Positions 39,945-53,300 of a stretch of 64,000 nucleotides of DNA are shown one piece after another (the first letter of the stretch is position 1; each line of letters starts with the position of its first letter). This DNA is from Phyllobates terribilis. Lineage: Eukaryota. The translations under genes were made by a program, and so were the position numbers. The notes below the pieces were generated by a model. The model was not told the DNA's origin and ran no database searches. It saw only the letters and a program-made list of their open reading frames with translations. Where the stretch lies: NCBI RefSeq assembly GCF_046119375.1, contig NW_027362770.1, positions 141,174,001-141,238,000 on the forward strand, in the 5' to 3' direction.

Positions 39945-40885
39945 GGTGCTCTTACCCACTCAGCTCTGGGGGGCACAGTGACATTATACTGTAGTGCACT
40001 GCAGGTGCTCTTACCTACTCAGCTGCTTGGGCAGGAGTCTTTATCTGATCATTGTCATTTATGGTGCTCTTACCCACTTAGCTCCATGGGACAAGAGGTG
40101 TTAGCTAGCTGGAGAGTGGCATTATACGTGCCCTGCATTACAGGTGCTCTTACCTACTCAGCTGCACTGTCATTGCTCTTACCTAGCTGCACAATGTCCT
40201 CACAACTCTCCTGTGTCACAGGTGCTCTTACCTACTCAGCAGCACAGTGTATGTGCTCTTACCTAGCTGCACAGTGTCTTCAGAAGTGTCCTGTGCGACA
40301 GGTGCTCTTACCTTCTCAGCAGCATGGTGTTGGTGCTCTTACCCAGCTGCATAGTATCTTTACAAGTGTCCTTCATTACAGGTGCTCTTACCCACTGCAG
40401 TGTCTTCACAACTCTCCTATGTCATAGGTACTCTTACCTACTAAGTTGCACAGTGTAGATGCTCTTACCCAGCTGTACAGTATCCTTATAAGTGTCCTGC
40501 ATTACAGGTGCTCTTACCTACTGCACAATGTCTACTCAGCTGCTTGGGCAGGAGCCTTTATCTGATCATTGCCATATGGTGCTCTTAACAGCTCATGTCC
40601 CATGGAGCTAAGTGGGTATCTAGCTGGATAGTGGCATTATACGTGCCCTGCATTACAGGTGCTCTTACCTACACAGCTGCACTGTCATTGCTCTTACCTA
40701 TTGCACAGTGTATTCACAGGTGTCATAGGTTCTCTTACCTACTCAGCTGTACGATGTGGGCGCTCTTACCCAGCTGTACAGTGTTTTTACAACTGTCTTG
40801 CATTACATGTGAGCTCAGCTGCTTAGGCATGAATCTTTAGCTGATCATTGTCTCATCTAGTGGTCTTACCCACTTAGCTCTATGG
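39945..40885. repeat. Compound degenerate array with an internal ~0.2-kb duplication
   Basis: Recurrent ggtgctcttacc(t/c)a(ctc)gctgcacagtgt; 40010-40200 is duplicated at 40530-40700. Confidence 0.85.
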
Positions 40886-41381
40886 TGCTGATGCTCTTAT
40901 CTAAGACTTACAGAACTAGCTCACTGACAGATTCTTTAGTTGACTCATTCTACAGCCAGCAGTAGAGCTGGGCGAACCCGAACAGAAATCGAACCGCTTC
41001 CTTTAAGAAGCCGTCGTCTTTAGGTTTAATCCTTTTTTTAACCACATCCAAATGTATAACCTATAATTCGGGCAATGATCGTTCTCATTTCTATATTTCG
41101 AGAGCTGATTGCAGAGAATAACAATGGGAGTGCGGAGTGTGGTCTGTCAGGTGGAATGAGGCCAGACCTGTTTTTTGCTATGTGTATACAGTGCCCCGTA
41201 CGGTATTTTCCCTGTGGTCACAGAATAATCCGTCTTGTTTCATCCCTTCTAGGCATGATCTTGGCTACGGGAAGATGGTGGAGACCAGGCTGCCGCTTGT
41301 AGCCACCGATGATAGATCTGTTTGAGTCTCCCATGCCTGGACCTCTTACAGCTGTATACTCCAGGGTATTTGTATGATCAG

Positions 41382-41667
41382 ATGGCACGGCCTGTGTCCT
41401 GTCTCTCTTCCCTGCCCTTCCTCTTCCTTCTCCTCTGCAGCATCCGGGCAGGATCGCTTTCCAATGGCCAAATCTTTCCCAATACCACTCACCACAATGC
41501 CTCCATACATGCCCAGTTGCAGATCTCTGCCAACGCCCCTGCCCACCGAGACCAGATCGCCAAGGAGGGCAGCAGCACCGTGATAGAGTGCAACCTCAAT
41601 GCCAGTCAGAATGGGGACGTGGTATGGTTTAATTCCAAAGGGCGTCCTCTGGGAGAGGTGGACGGAG
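41382..41667 (+). CDS. MFAP3: MFAP3 coding exon 1 (signal peptide and N-half of the Ig domain)
   Basis: MARPVSCLSSLPFLFLLLCSIRAG.. AKEGSSTVIECNLNASQNGDVVWFNSKGRPL..G|gtaaga; 286 nt, phase 1. Confidence 0.9.
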
Positions 41668-42269
41668 GTAAGATGGCTGCGGCAAGAGGTGGACTCTGCT
41701 TGTGGCAAAAATGAAGGGCTGATTCATCAAGCTTGGCATTTTATACTCCAGTCTCGATCTGCAGTAAGCTGCGCCAATTTTATCTTTAGCCTGTTGTGCG
41801 CCAGTGTCAGAAATTATCTAAATTTTGTCGGACCCCACTCAGCCCCATCTTTAGCTATGCTCTGGCCTCTTTTAAAAAGTTGGCGAAGCTGGTTAAAAAC
41901 GCCAGTTTTTGTGCAAAACTTTTATGACTTTTTAAATAGAAGGAATTGGGGAGAGGAGGAGTATTAGGTCACGGTCCCACTATCAGTATTTGTTCAGTCA
42001 GTATTTTTTCTCAGGAGTTGGGAGACAAAACCAGGTGAGGAACAATCAGAGAAAAGGTGTAATAGAAACAAGTCACCAATTCTGCATTTATCACCCACTC
42101 CTGGTTTTGTCTCCCACTCCTGAGAAAAAATACTGACCAAATACTGATAGTGGGGCCCATGGCCTTAGAGCTGTTCATGCTGGTAACATGGATGAATCCG
42201 TTGCTGTGATTAGAAACCAGTGGGTGCCGTACCTGCTGGTGATTGCATCTGACCGAGAGAGAAAAAACA

Positions 42270-42530
42270 AAGGTAATTTCCGGTACAATCAACTGGATAA
42301 AAGATATATAAAAGTTTATTGAATCAAGTTAAAAGTTAAAAAACCTCAACACCTGATGCGTTTCTGGCACACCAGGACTCCCTTAGTCATAGGATAGTGA
42401 TTGGTCCTATGACCAAGGGCATCCCAGTGTACCAGAAACTCGTGAGGCGTTGAGGTGTTTAACTTGATTCATTAAACTTTTATATATTTTTTATCCAGTT
42501 GGTTGTACCGGAAACTACCTTTTTAGTTTT
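42270..42530. repeat. ~260-bp imperfect palindrome in the MFAP3 intron
   Basis: ggtaatttccggtacaatcaactggataaaa ... ttttatccagttggttgtaccggaaactacc, centred on tcatagga..tcctatga. Confidence 0.85.
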
Positions 42531-43049
42531 TTTTTCTCTCGACTTTTTAAACACTCATGCCAAATTTCGGGCATAAACTGATGAATCGGCCCTGAAACTT
42601 TATCTTTTTTGATGAGGAGATCCTCTGCCGATACCTGCTTGGGTCTGCAGTACAGGAAATAACTCCTCCTATCTGTAGTTATGGCCTAGAGTTCCACTTT
42701 AATATGAAAGCATATTCCCATATTTTGGAACCCTTAGCGATCAGCTGTGATCTGTGGGAAAACCTTGGCAGTAAGGGTTCACTTTCCCTGCAGCACCCCC
42801 ACAGGGGATACAAAGTATTGCAGGGTGCCTTTTCAAATTCATGGACTGTGCGCAATGCAGGACAGCACGGGTTCCCCAGAGACCACAGACTCTTTGTTAA
42901 GACTATGGCCAAGGAATGAGGGTCTAGAAAAGAGGACCCCCTCTATGAACCCTCAAATAGGATTTATGACAGTGGATTAAATTTTGTATGTGTTTTTATT
43001 ATTTCCCCTCAGTTTGAAGTAATGATATTTTAATTAATGGAGTTACTGA

Positions 43050-43889
<840 letters not shown>

Positions 43890-44304
43890 ACTTTCCAGTC
43901 CCACCTCATTCCTTCCAGTTGTTAAGGAGCTGTGCCAAGCCGCGTCTTTACAGATTTTATTATAGGTCTTTCAATTGCTCTCCAAAACAGCGCCCCTCTG
44001 GTCTAAAGGCTGTTTCCAGTATTGCACCTCAACCCCATTTAAGTGAAGGGGATTGAGCTATGGATACAACCGGCCTGTTTGTAGAAAAAGGCTGCCATTT
44101 TTTTTCTAAGCCTTCAAGTAAATAGGCGGCTTATGTTATGCTCAGTTATTGTGGTCACCTGGATATAGTTGAACTCTATTTTTAATTTAAAAAAATTTAA
44201 AGGCGTTTCCACCTCCCCGACTTGACATTGGCCATGGAGAGATGCAGCCGCACACCTGACCGTGTAACTGAAGAGAAATCGTCGTGCGCGAGTATTATCC
44301 TACC

Positions 44305-44690
44305 TAAAGGGGGTGTTCTATGTACACACATTTATCCTCTATACTGTTAATTTATTATTGCTGTGGGGTTCAATCTCTGGGATCCCCACCGATCACTAGA
44401 GCGGGGTAGTGGACGTGCACGACCATCAACTGGTTTTAGGAGTAGTGGTCGCACATGCTCACTACTCTGCTTACACAGGGATCTTTGGGCACCCTATTCT
44501 CAGGATTGGTGGGTATCTCAGCAGCCAGGATCCCCCCCCCAACAATCATTTATTTGTCACCTATTCTGTAAACTGCCCCCTTAATAGGACCCATGCATGA
44601 TACTTGTGGTTGCCGTTCGCTGTGCAGCAGCATCTCTCCACACCCGATGTCAGACCAAGAGGGAGAATAAGGCTGGACAACCCCTTTTAC
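44305..44690. mobile_element. T2-type MITE downstream of the MFAP3 stop
   Basis: taaaggggtgttct ... ggacaacccctttta termini. Confidence 0.5.
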
Positions 44691-45437
44691 AGGGGTTGCC
44701 TCACCTTCTGAAATGGGTCAAATTGCAAAGTACTTGTAAAAATGACTTGCCTCTTATTAAAATCCTCTCCTATTATGAAGAATGGAGGCACTTTTAAATC
44801 TATCTGTCGTACTGTTCATTGCCATGGTTACCAGCCTCCACTACTTTCTTATCAGTAGTGGACAATCTCTTAGGCCAGTTTCTGCCTCTTTTTTCAGCAT
44901 GCAAGAGCGCACTGTCATTCATCAGGAGCGCACTGTCATTCATCAGGAGATGGCACTGCTCCTAGCACTCACGAAGCAGGGGAGCAGTGCACTCCTGAAT
45001 ATAGAAAATACGTTAAATCTTTAATTAAAATTTGCACTTTTCTTTATTGATCATGTAGGGGTTTCAGCTACATCCGATGTCCATGCACATCCAAAGCTGC
45101 CTGAAAATTCTGCTGGCTCCTTATAGATACGGGCCATATAGTCTTCACGGTCAGTAATGTAACCTTGCAGTTTAACACTGGAGTTCCCACAGCTCTCTTG
45201 ATACAAGAAACCAACTAAAGTATAATCTTGGCTTTGGATGTGAGTGGAGGAGAAAATGTCTACCCAATATAGTACTGTCAGATATTGCAAAAATTATTTT
45301 AGTTGTGAAAATATACCTTAAATTGTGGCCTATGCAGTAAACCAAAATCTAATTATGTATTTTTCAGGACTAAATGAAGGACGCACCCCAAATTTAGACA
45401 GCAGAAAATAGGAAAAACATATTTCCTAGTAATTAAA

Positions 45438-46502
45438 AGAACGGAGAGCAAGAAGTGGCGATGTATTATATAAAAAATAACTTTTATTTATCTATTTCTA
45501 AAAAAGATTCAATAAATATTTAGGACTAATATAAAAACGAAAGATATCAAGTGTTTCAAAACGGTACTTAGCAGCCTATAAAGTAGGTGTATCTGTGGAA
45601 CTAGTAACACGCCTGGTGTAGTTACCTCTAACTAGGGAACTATAGTGGACCACAGGTGTATAACCATATAGACCACCACCTCAATTCCAACTAGGTGGTC
45701 TTTGTCTATTCCAAAGACAAAATCCTGTCATGCCATAAGTAGTTCCCTATATATAAATTGGAACGTATTAGACATGCAGGCATGAGTCAAGAATCCCCTA
45801 CAACCATAACTTCAACTCAAAAATGGGTGGAGAGAGAAAGAAGATAGACCAACTACAATAAAGAGTCTAGATGTGACATAAAATACCTGGTGGAAGATAA
45901 TTTAGATATGGAACAATCTCACCGTTAGAATGTCAATGTCATCGCTGTTGACTCATATCCATACAGTTCTAAAAAAGACTCTTTGGAAGTGGCATTATCC
46001 AGTAGAGTGCAGGACTCATTTCTTCTGGAAGAACCTAAACCAACAGAGTGAGGGGTGCCCTCCCGACGCGTTTCCTCATGCTAATGATTCATCAGGGGAG
46101 AGAAAGGTGATGCATATGGGTCTATCGGCCAGCAGTGGAAGTGGCACAGCTAAAAGCTCTATTAGTTGGATAGGTATAGGCTTTGTTGTCTTTAAATTCC
46201 TGCAAATCTCTTATGAAAAATTTATGTTTTTGTTCTTTTAGATGGTACTGGTACCTCTCTAACGTGTTCTGGAGTAAAGTCTCTTTTAAGGCAAAATCTG
46301 GTTCCAGGGAAAAAATTTTTGTTTCCAGTTGTGTTTTTAAAGAGTCGTTAAGAGTATTCAACGTCGCTTTTTCTTCCTCCAATAGTAGCTTCATGAACCT
46401 AAGGGAGCTCTCTATTGCCTCCTTCTCCCAAATCTTTTTTAGAAATAGATAAATAAAAGTTATTTTTTATATAATACATCGCCACTTCTTGCTCTCCGTT
46501 CT
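45438..46502 (-). mobile_element. Penelope-like non-autonomous element bounded by 72-bp inverted repeats
   Basis: IR 45438-45509 / 46431-46502; truncated ORF (IWEKEAIESSLRFMKLLL..KHKFFIRDLQEFKDNKAY) resembling PLE ORF N-termini; hammerhead motif downstream on the same strand. Confidence 0.6.
46058..46102 (-). ncRNA. Minimal type I hammerhead ribozyme motif
   Basis: CUCUCCC-CUGAUGA-aUCAU uagc AUGAg-GAAAC GC GUC-GGGAGGG: 7-bp stem I, full core, palindromic ACGCGU stem III, GUC cleavage triplet. Confidence 0.75.
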
Positions 46503-46784
46503 ATTGAATACCTGTGGTTTATACTCCTAATTAAAACTTCTCTGTTGCTGCAAAATAGTGGAGGGTGAAATCACTAATTGTCATGCTGTCGAGTAGAATA
46601 GGGATGTAAAAAATGTAATGTTAGTTTTTCTCTGCAGCATGTGTATTACACACACAAAGCTTTACAGCACGCACATCATTCTCTGCTGCATACACAGTAC
46701 ATACACATAAAGCTGTGCTACATGCACACACAGATCAGCTACATCCGCGCGCACATACACCGATCATCTGCGACACACACTGTA

Positions 46785-47679
46785 CAGTCTTGGCCAAACA
46801 TTTTGAGACTGACACAAATTTTGGTTTTCACAAAGTTTGCTGTGTCATTGTTTTTAGATCTTTTTGTCTGATGTTTCTATGAAGTTTATGAAGTACAACT
46901 ATCACCGTTTCATAAGTTTATACACAAAAACATCAAGTTTAGGTTTTGACAACTTTGACGTCAGTACAAGAATTGGGATCAGAGGACTGGGGCAAAGTTA
47001 TTTTCTCTGATGAAACCCCCTTCAGACTGTTTGGGACATCAGGAAAAATGCTTGTCCGGAGAAGAAAAGGTGAGCACTACCATGAGTCCTGTGTGATGCC
47101 AGCAGTAAAGCCTCTTGAGACCAGTCATGTATGGAGGTTTCTCATCCATGGTGGAGGCTCACTCACAATTTTTCCTAAGCACACTGCCATGAATAAAGAA
47201 TTGTATCTACACGTCCTCCAAGAGCAACTTCTCCCAATCATGCAGGAGCAATTTGGTGATGCATGATGGAGGCCATGTCACATGGCAAAAGTGATAACTA
47301 AGTGGCTCTTTGAACAAAACATTGACATTTTGGGGCCATGGCCGGAAAACTCCCCAAATCTTAATCCTTTTGAGAATCTGTGGTCAATCAAAAAGCGGGT
47401 GGACAAACACAACCACAGACATTTGTGATAAACTCCAAGCATTGATTAGACAAGTATGGGCAGTCATCAGTCAGGATTTGGCCCAGGAGCTGATAACCTG
47501 CTGTCAGTGTGAAGGGCAGAAGTCATGAAAAACTTTGCATAAAGTTAACAAAAGTTTAAAAAATTATGAAATGTTTATAATTGTACTTTATTAACCATCG
47601 AAACGTCTGACTAAAAGATCAGTAAACGCTAAAGCAGCAAACTTTGCCAAAACTGTTTCCAAACTTTTGTCCACGACTA
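46785..47679 (+). mobile_element. Internally deleted Tc1 element
   Basis: TA|cagtcttggccaaacatttt ... aaacttttgtccacgacta|TA; remnants KVIFSDETPFRLFG and WPxNSPNLNPFENLW. Confidence 0.85.
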
Positions 47680-50330
47680 TATAAATTGCCACATTTTTTT
47701 TTCTTTCCAGGCATGTGACTGATCACTCGACAAGAATGGTCCTTCAGCTGGTCAGGATCGGTGCAGGACCCTGTGGCTTCGTCTCTTGCTCTGCACCTAT
47801 CAGACTGATCAGTGTCTGGCAGGGAGAGCAAGATCTGCGTCCCTGCGTAGTTCTCATAGTGATCAGGAAGGCTGTTGTGTCCATATTCTCTCTCTTCCTA
47901 CAGACTATAAAATGCAAACGCTTTTTAGCAAGATTTTGTATCTTGCTAAAAAGTGTGTCTTCTAGTCCAAAATTTACAGTATTTGATTTTTGTGGCTGAA
48001 AACCACACGATGCTTACTAATGAGAGAGGTAGATGCTCTGGCTGCATGGAATTGCATAACATTGATTGGTATCAGACACAATGTTTATAATCCTGAAATA
48101 TAAAATAACTCCATAGCCACTTTCACCATTTTTTGATGGAAATTACTATTTTCCTTGAAGTGTTGCTGACATGGTAGATGATTTAGTTCTTACATATGTC
48201 TATCATGTTATACAAGGAAAAAACAACAATGCCCCCGACTCCCTCGGGGACCTTACTATGCCTCTGGGGGTAAAATATAGAAATGCATGCTCACCCCACC
48301 AGGCAATCAGATCATTTACCGGGATGAATTGACTATCCTTACTTTACCTTTATACTTGGCACAACTGAAAGCTTTTTTTCTCAATCTACCATGTACACTC
48401 ATTTGAGCGATGGGGAGCAATCCACTACCAGTCTCTGGGCGGCTGTTTATCCATGACAACAAAGGATCGGGTATGCTGAATATCAACATTTTTTTTTATC
48501 CTCCTTTCCCCTCGTATTTGCCATTAAATTCATGTATTTGAGGCTAAAAATCATTTTTGCAATTGACTCCTATTAAAAATGTACCGTTTGGCTTTTATCG
48601 GCTGTCTTCTTGAATGAGTTAACTGAAAATCTATTAGTGAGCTCAATGTGATATCTGTCATAGCAATAGATGAGCAAAAGTTAAAACATCCTGCAAACCT
48701 AACATTTCATATATTTTTAGCTTGTATCTGATAATGCCGGCGCCTCCTGGAGTGCAGTCTCAATATTACACTTGTAGGTTTTGTCTTTTTTATTTTAATC
48801 TGTGTTTTATTACTGTGCTGGTTGTCAATCTTTTTACTTTGTACAACATTTCTATGTGGCGATATGAAGGGTCTATTTTTTTCCAGTATTACTATGTATT
48901 TTCTATGTATGACTTGTATTCTGTTCTGCTCCATTGATTAACATTCCTGATGGATCTTGTATTATCTCTGGCCGAATTATTCATGTTTTTTTTTGTTTTG
49001 TTTTGTTTTTTTTTTTGTTCTTATGGAAAATGTAGAAATAAAATGATTAAAAGAAAAAAAAAATTTTGGGGATATTTAATTTTCCTTGCGTCGTAAAGGC
49101 TTGTGGTCATGAGTAAATTACGGCTCCACATAACCTAAGAGTTGCTTTTTCATTCAAATAAATAGAATAATATAGTAGTTATTACTTGTAAAATAATATA
49201 TTACTCCAATACTATTATCGTTTACTGTCTTATACCATTAGGATTTTTTTTTTTTTTAACCGTTTTGTGTAAACAGCTTCTAGAAAGACCTTATATGTCT
49301 CCATGGTAACAGACTACAAAAAAAAATGTAGTCATGCTCTTCCTTCCATATTTCCACTAAGTTTTGTTAATGTCTGCTAGCATAGCAAGGAATTAGGAGC
49401 CAGATGGGAGCAGGACTGGCAGATCTGACTACACAGGAATGGTTTGTAGTCTGTTACCATGGAGACATACATCTGCATAGAATACGGAACACTAGGAGAT
49501 TTTTAAATCTTGACTGTTGCTTAAAAAAAAAATAAGTGCATTGGAGCAGGATAATAAATGGTTGCAAAGGTCGAGCTTCCCTTGCCAGGAGTGGTCATCA
49601 CAAATGTGATCAGACTGGAGTCACATCGATGATCAACACAGATCTGTCTCTTAAAGGGGTTTTCCACTTTAAGGAAAAGTGGACCCCCAAATGCTTTTAT
49701 AAACAGAACCGGTCTCATCTAGTCCAACTCTGGCTTTTATGCAGCTGCTCTGGTCTCTGCATGTTGGCTGCAGCGACAGCTCGGATCACTGCTGCAGCCG
49801 ATCATCTGAGTTCAGCAGCTCTGCCAATATAGATGGCACAAGCTACCAAGCTTAGTGATTGGCTGCAGCGGTAATGCAAGCTGTTAAAGTGACATCGTCA
49901 CTGAAGCCGGAACAGAAACCACAGCGGTGTAAGAGAGACAACACTAATTCAATTTTTTTTTCACATTTTTCATGCCATTCATTTCATCATATAATGTAAT
50001 CATTCAAAAATACTAAGCACCCCGAAAAAATGCCTATATATGGATAGGGTGACAGAATAAAAAAAAAGTCTTCAAAGGAAAGGACATAAAAAGTAAAAGA
50101 CCAACTAAAAATGTCCCTGTCTCCAAGAATTCAAGATTGGGTACTACAGTATGCAAAATTTCAGATGTTCTCAGGTCTTCCCTGACCATAAGAATGGAGC
50201 TACTCGTAATGTAAGGACCCTGCCCCCCCCATTCCAGGTCTATGGTACTGTTGTAGATATCATAAGTAGGAAGGGTCGCTCGAATCTAAAAATTATCCAC
50301 TGGATAATTTTTTGCAGACTGGAATACTCT

Positions 50331-53300
50331 TTAACCCCCTTTAACCCTGAAGACTGTTTGCACGTTAATGACCAGAACAATTTTTACAATCCTGACCAGT
50401 GTCACTTTGAGGTAATAACTCTGGAACGCTTTTAACGGATCCCACTGATTCTGAGACTTTTTGTGACATATTGTACTTCATGAAAGTGGCGTTTACTTGT
50501 GAAAAAATTGCAAATTTGGTGAACATTTTGCAATTTTTAAACTTTATAAGAGAGATCTGTCACACAAAATAGTTAATAAATAACATTTCCCACATGTCTA
50601 CTTTACATCAGCACAATTTTGGAACCCAATTTTTTTTTTTTAGGAAGTTATAAGGGTTAAAAGATGACCAGCGATTTCTCATTTTTCCAACGAAATTTAC
50701 AAAACCTTTTTTTTTTGGGGGACCACATCATATTTAAAGTGACTTTGAGGGGTCTACATGACAGAAAATACCCAAAAGTGACATCATTCTAAATACTGCA
50801 CCCCTCACAGTCCTCAAAACCACATTCCAGTAGTTTATTAACGCTTCAGGTGCTTCACAGCAATTAACGGAATGTGAAAAGAAAAAATAAACATTTAACT
50901 TTTCTTTTTTTAACAAAATTTTTACTTTAGACCCAATTTTTTTTTATTTTTGCAAGGGTAACAGGAAAAAATTGACCCCAAAATTTGTTGTGCAATTTCC
51001 CCTGAGTAAGCAGATACCCCATATGTGGGGGAAAACCACTGTTTGGGCGCACGGCAGGGTTTGGAAGGGAAGGAGATCCATTAGACTTTTTGAATGTAAA
51101 ATTTGCTTGAATAATTAGCGGACGCCATGTCACGTTTGGGGAGCCCCTGATGTCCCTAAACAGTGGAAACCCCCCACAAGTGACACCATTTTGGAAACTA
51201 GACCCCTTAAGGAACTTATCTAGATGTGTGGTGAGTAGTGTTGAGCGATACCTTCCGATATCAGGAAATATTGGATCGGGCCGATACTCAAAAAGTATCG
51301 GATATCGCCGATTCCGATACCTGAAACCAATGCAAGTCAATGGGACACAAATATCGGAATGAAAATAAACCCTTTCTTTCCTTGTAGGTTAATTCTACAT
51401 GAAGGAAAACAACTAACAATAATGTAGAATGTATTGGGGGAGGTGGTTGCCCAAATCGATGGGAACAGTGCTCACAGTGAAACATGAAAAGCCGGCAATT
51501 CAGCAGCGGCATACACCGGTACCCGACAATTTAGAACAGAAAGAATAGAGCTTAACACAGATTAGATAGATAGAAACATGTCAGTCACATATATAATAAG
51601 TATAGTGACAGTGTTGGTTACTGTACTTGTCATTTAGTGTAAAGGATTTATTTAAAAAAATATTAGTGTTTTCATGCACCGTCTCTTTAAAAAAGCCGGC
51701 TGGCAATTCAGCATCTGTACCCGACAATTTAGAATAGAAGGAATAGAGAATCACACATAGATTAGATAGATAGAAACATGTCAGCCACATATATATGAAG
51801 TACAGTGACAGTGTTGATTACTGTACTTGTCATTTAGTGTTAAAATAAAGGATTTATTAAATAAAAATTGGCGTGGGGTTCCCCGTAATTATAGTCTCTA
51901 GCGGAGGTTAAGCAGACGGCTGGGGCAGATGTTTGAAGCCTGGGAAGGGGGTAATACCCACGGAGCTTCCCAGGCTACTAATATCAGCCCCCAGCTGAAT
52001 ACCTAGCCTTTACTAGCTATTAAAATGGGGGCCCCCCCCAAAAAATGACGTGGGGTCCCCCCTATTTTAATAGCTAGCAAAGGCTAGGCAGACAGCTGGG
52101 GGCTGATATTAATAGCCCAGGAAGGGTGCCATGAATATTGGCCACCTCCCAGGCTAGAAACACCAGCCGTCAGCCGCCCCAGAAATGGCGCATCCATAGG
52201 ATGTGCCAATTCTGGCACTTAGCCTCGCTCTTCCCACTGCCCTGTAGCGGTGGCAGTGGGGTAATAGGGCTGGGGTTGATGTCAGCTTATAAAGCTAGCT
52301 GACATCAAGCCCAGGTTAGTAATGGAGAGGTGTCTATAAGACACCCCCATTACTAACCCCATAGTGAAAGTTACAAAAAAACACAAACACCCATAATAAA
52401 GTCCTTTAATTGAAATAAACACACAATTCTTTATTGTTCTAAATTAAACCATACTTACCATCACGCCCATTCCAGCTGAAGCCAACAATCTCCTGCAATA
52501 AAAGAAAAATAATAAACCAACATCATCCTTACCTTTCCATGGTTCCCAGGACAGCTCCAGCTCTGCTACATCGAGATGACAGGCTGGACCGCAGAAGAAA
52601 GCTGCCATCCAGCCTGTCATCCCGCAGACACTGAGAAGCGCAGGCATGCTTGCGCTCCCCAGTGTCAGGCTGTGACGGCATCCAGATGAGCCGACAATGA
52701 ACTCGGCTCACCTCATGCACGTCACAGACAGCGTGGGAGAATTTCCTGCGCATGCGGTGAGCGTGAGAGAATTCTGCTGCTGAAGCGCTGAGCACAGGAG
52801 ATGCCGTCACAGCCAGACACTGAGGAGCGCAAGCATGCCTGCTCTTCTCAGTGTCTGCGGCATGGCAAGCTGGATGGCAGCTTTCTGCTGCAATCCAGCC
52901 TGTCATGTGAATGTAGCAGAGCTGAAGCTGTCGTGGGAACCATGGAAAGGTAAGGATGATGTTGCTTTATTATTTTACTTTTATTGCAGGAGATCGTTAG
53001 TTTCAGCTGGAATGGGCGTGATGGTAAGTATGGTTTAATTTAGAACAATAAAGAATTGTGTCTTTATTTCAATTAAAGGATTTTATTCTGGGTGTTTGTG
53101 TATTTTTTTTAACTTTGACTATGGGGTTAGTAATGGGGGTGTCTTATAGACGCCTCTCCATTACTAACCTGGGCTTGATGTCAGCTGGCATTATAAGCTG
53201 ACATCAACCCCAGCCCTATTACCCCACTGCCACCGCTACAGGGCAGTGGGAAGAGCGAGGCTAAGTGCCAGAATTGGCGCATCCTATGGATGCGCCATTT

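Noticed and set aside
44905-44990. Two antisense CTGATGA words in a short duplication
   Set aside because: No GAAA or stem II follows, so it is not a hammerhead.
48700-49165. U-rich stretch and AATAAA (49157) as the distal MFAP3 3' end
   Set aside because: Plausible but not supportable without transcript data.
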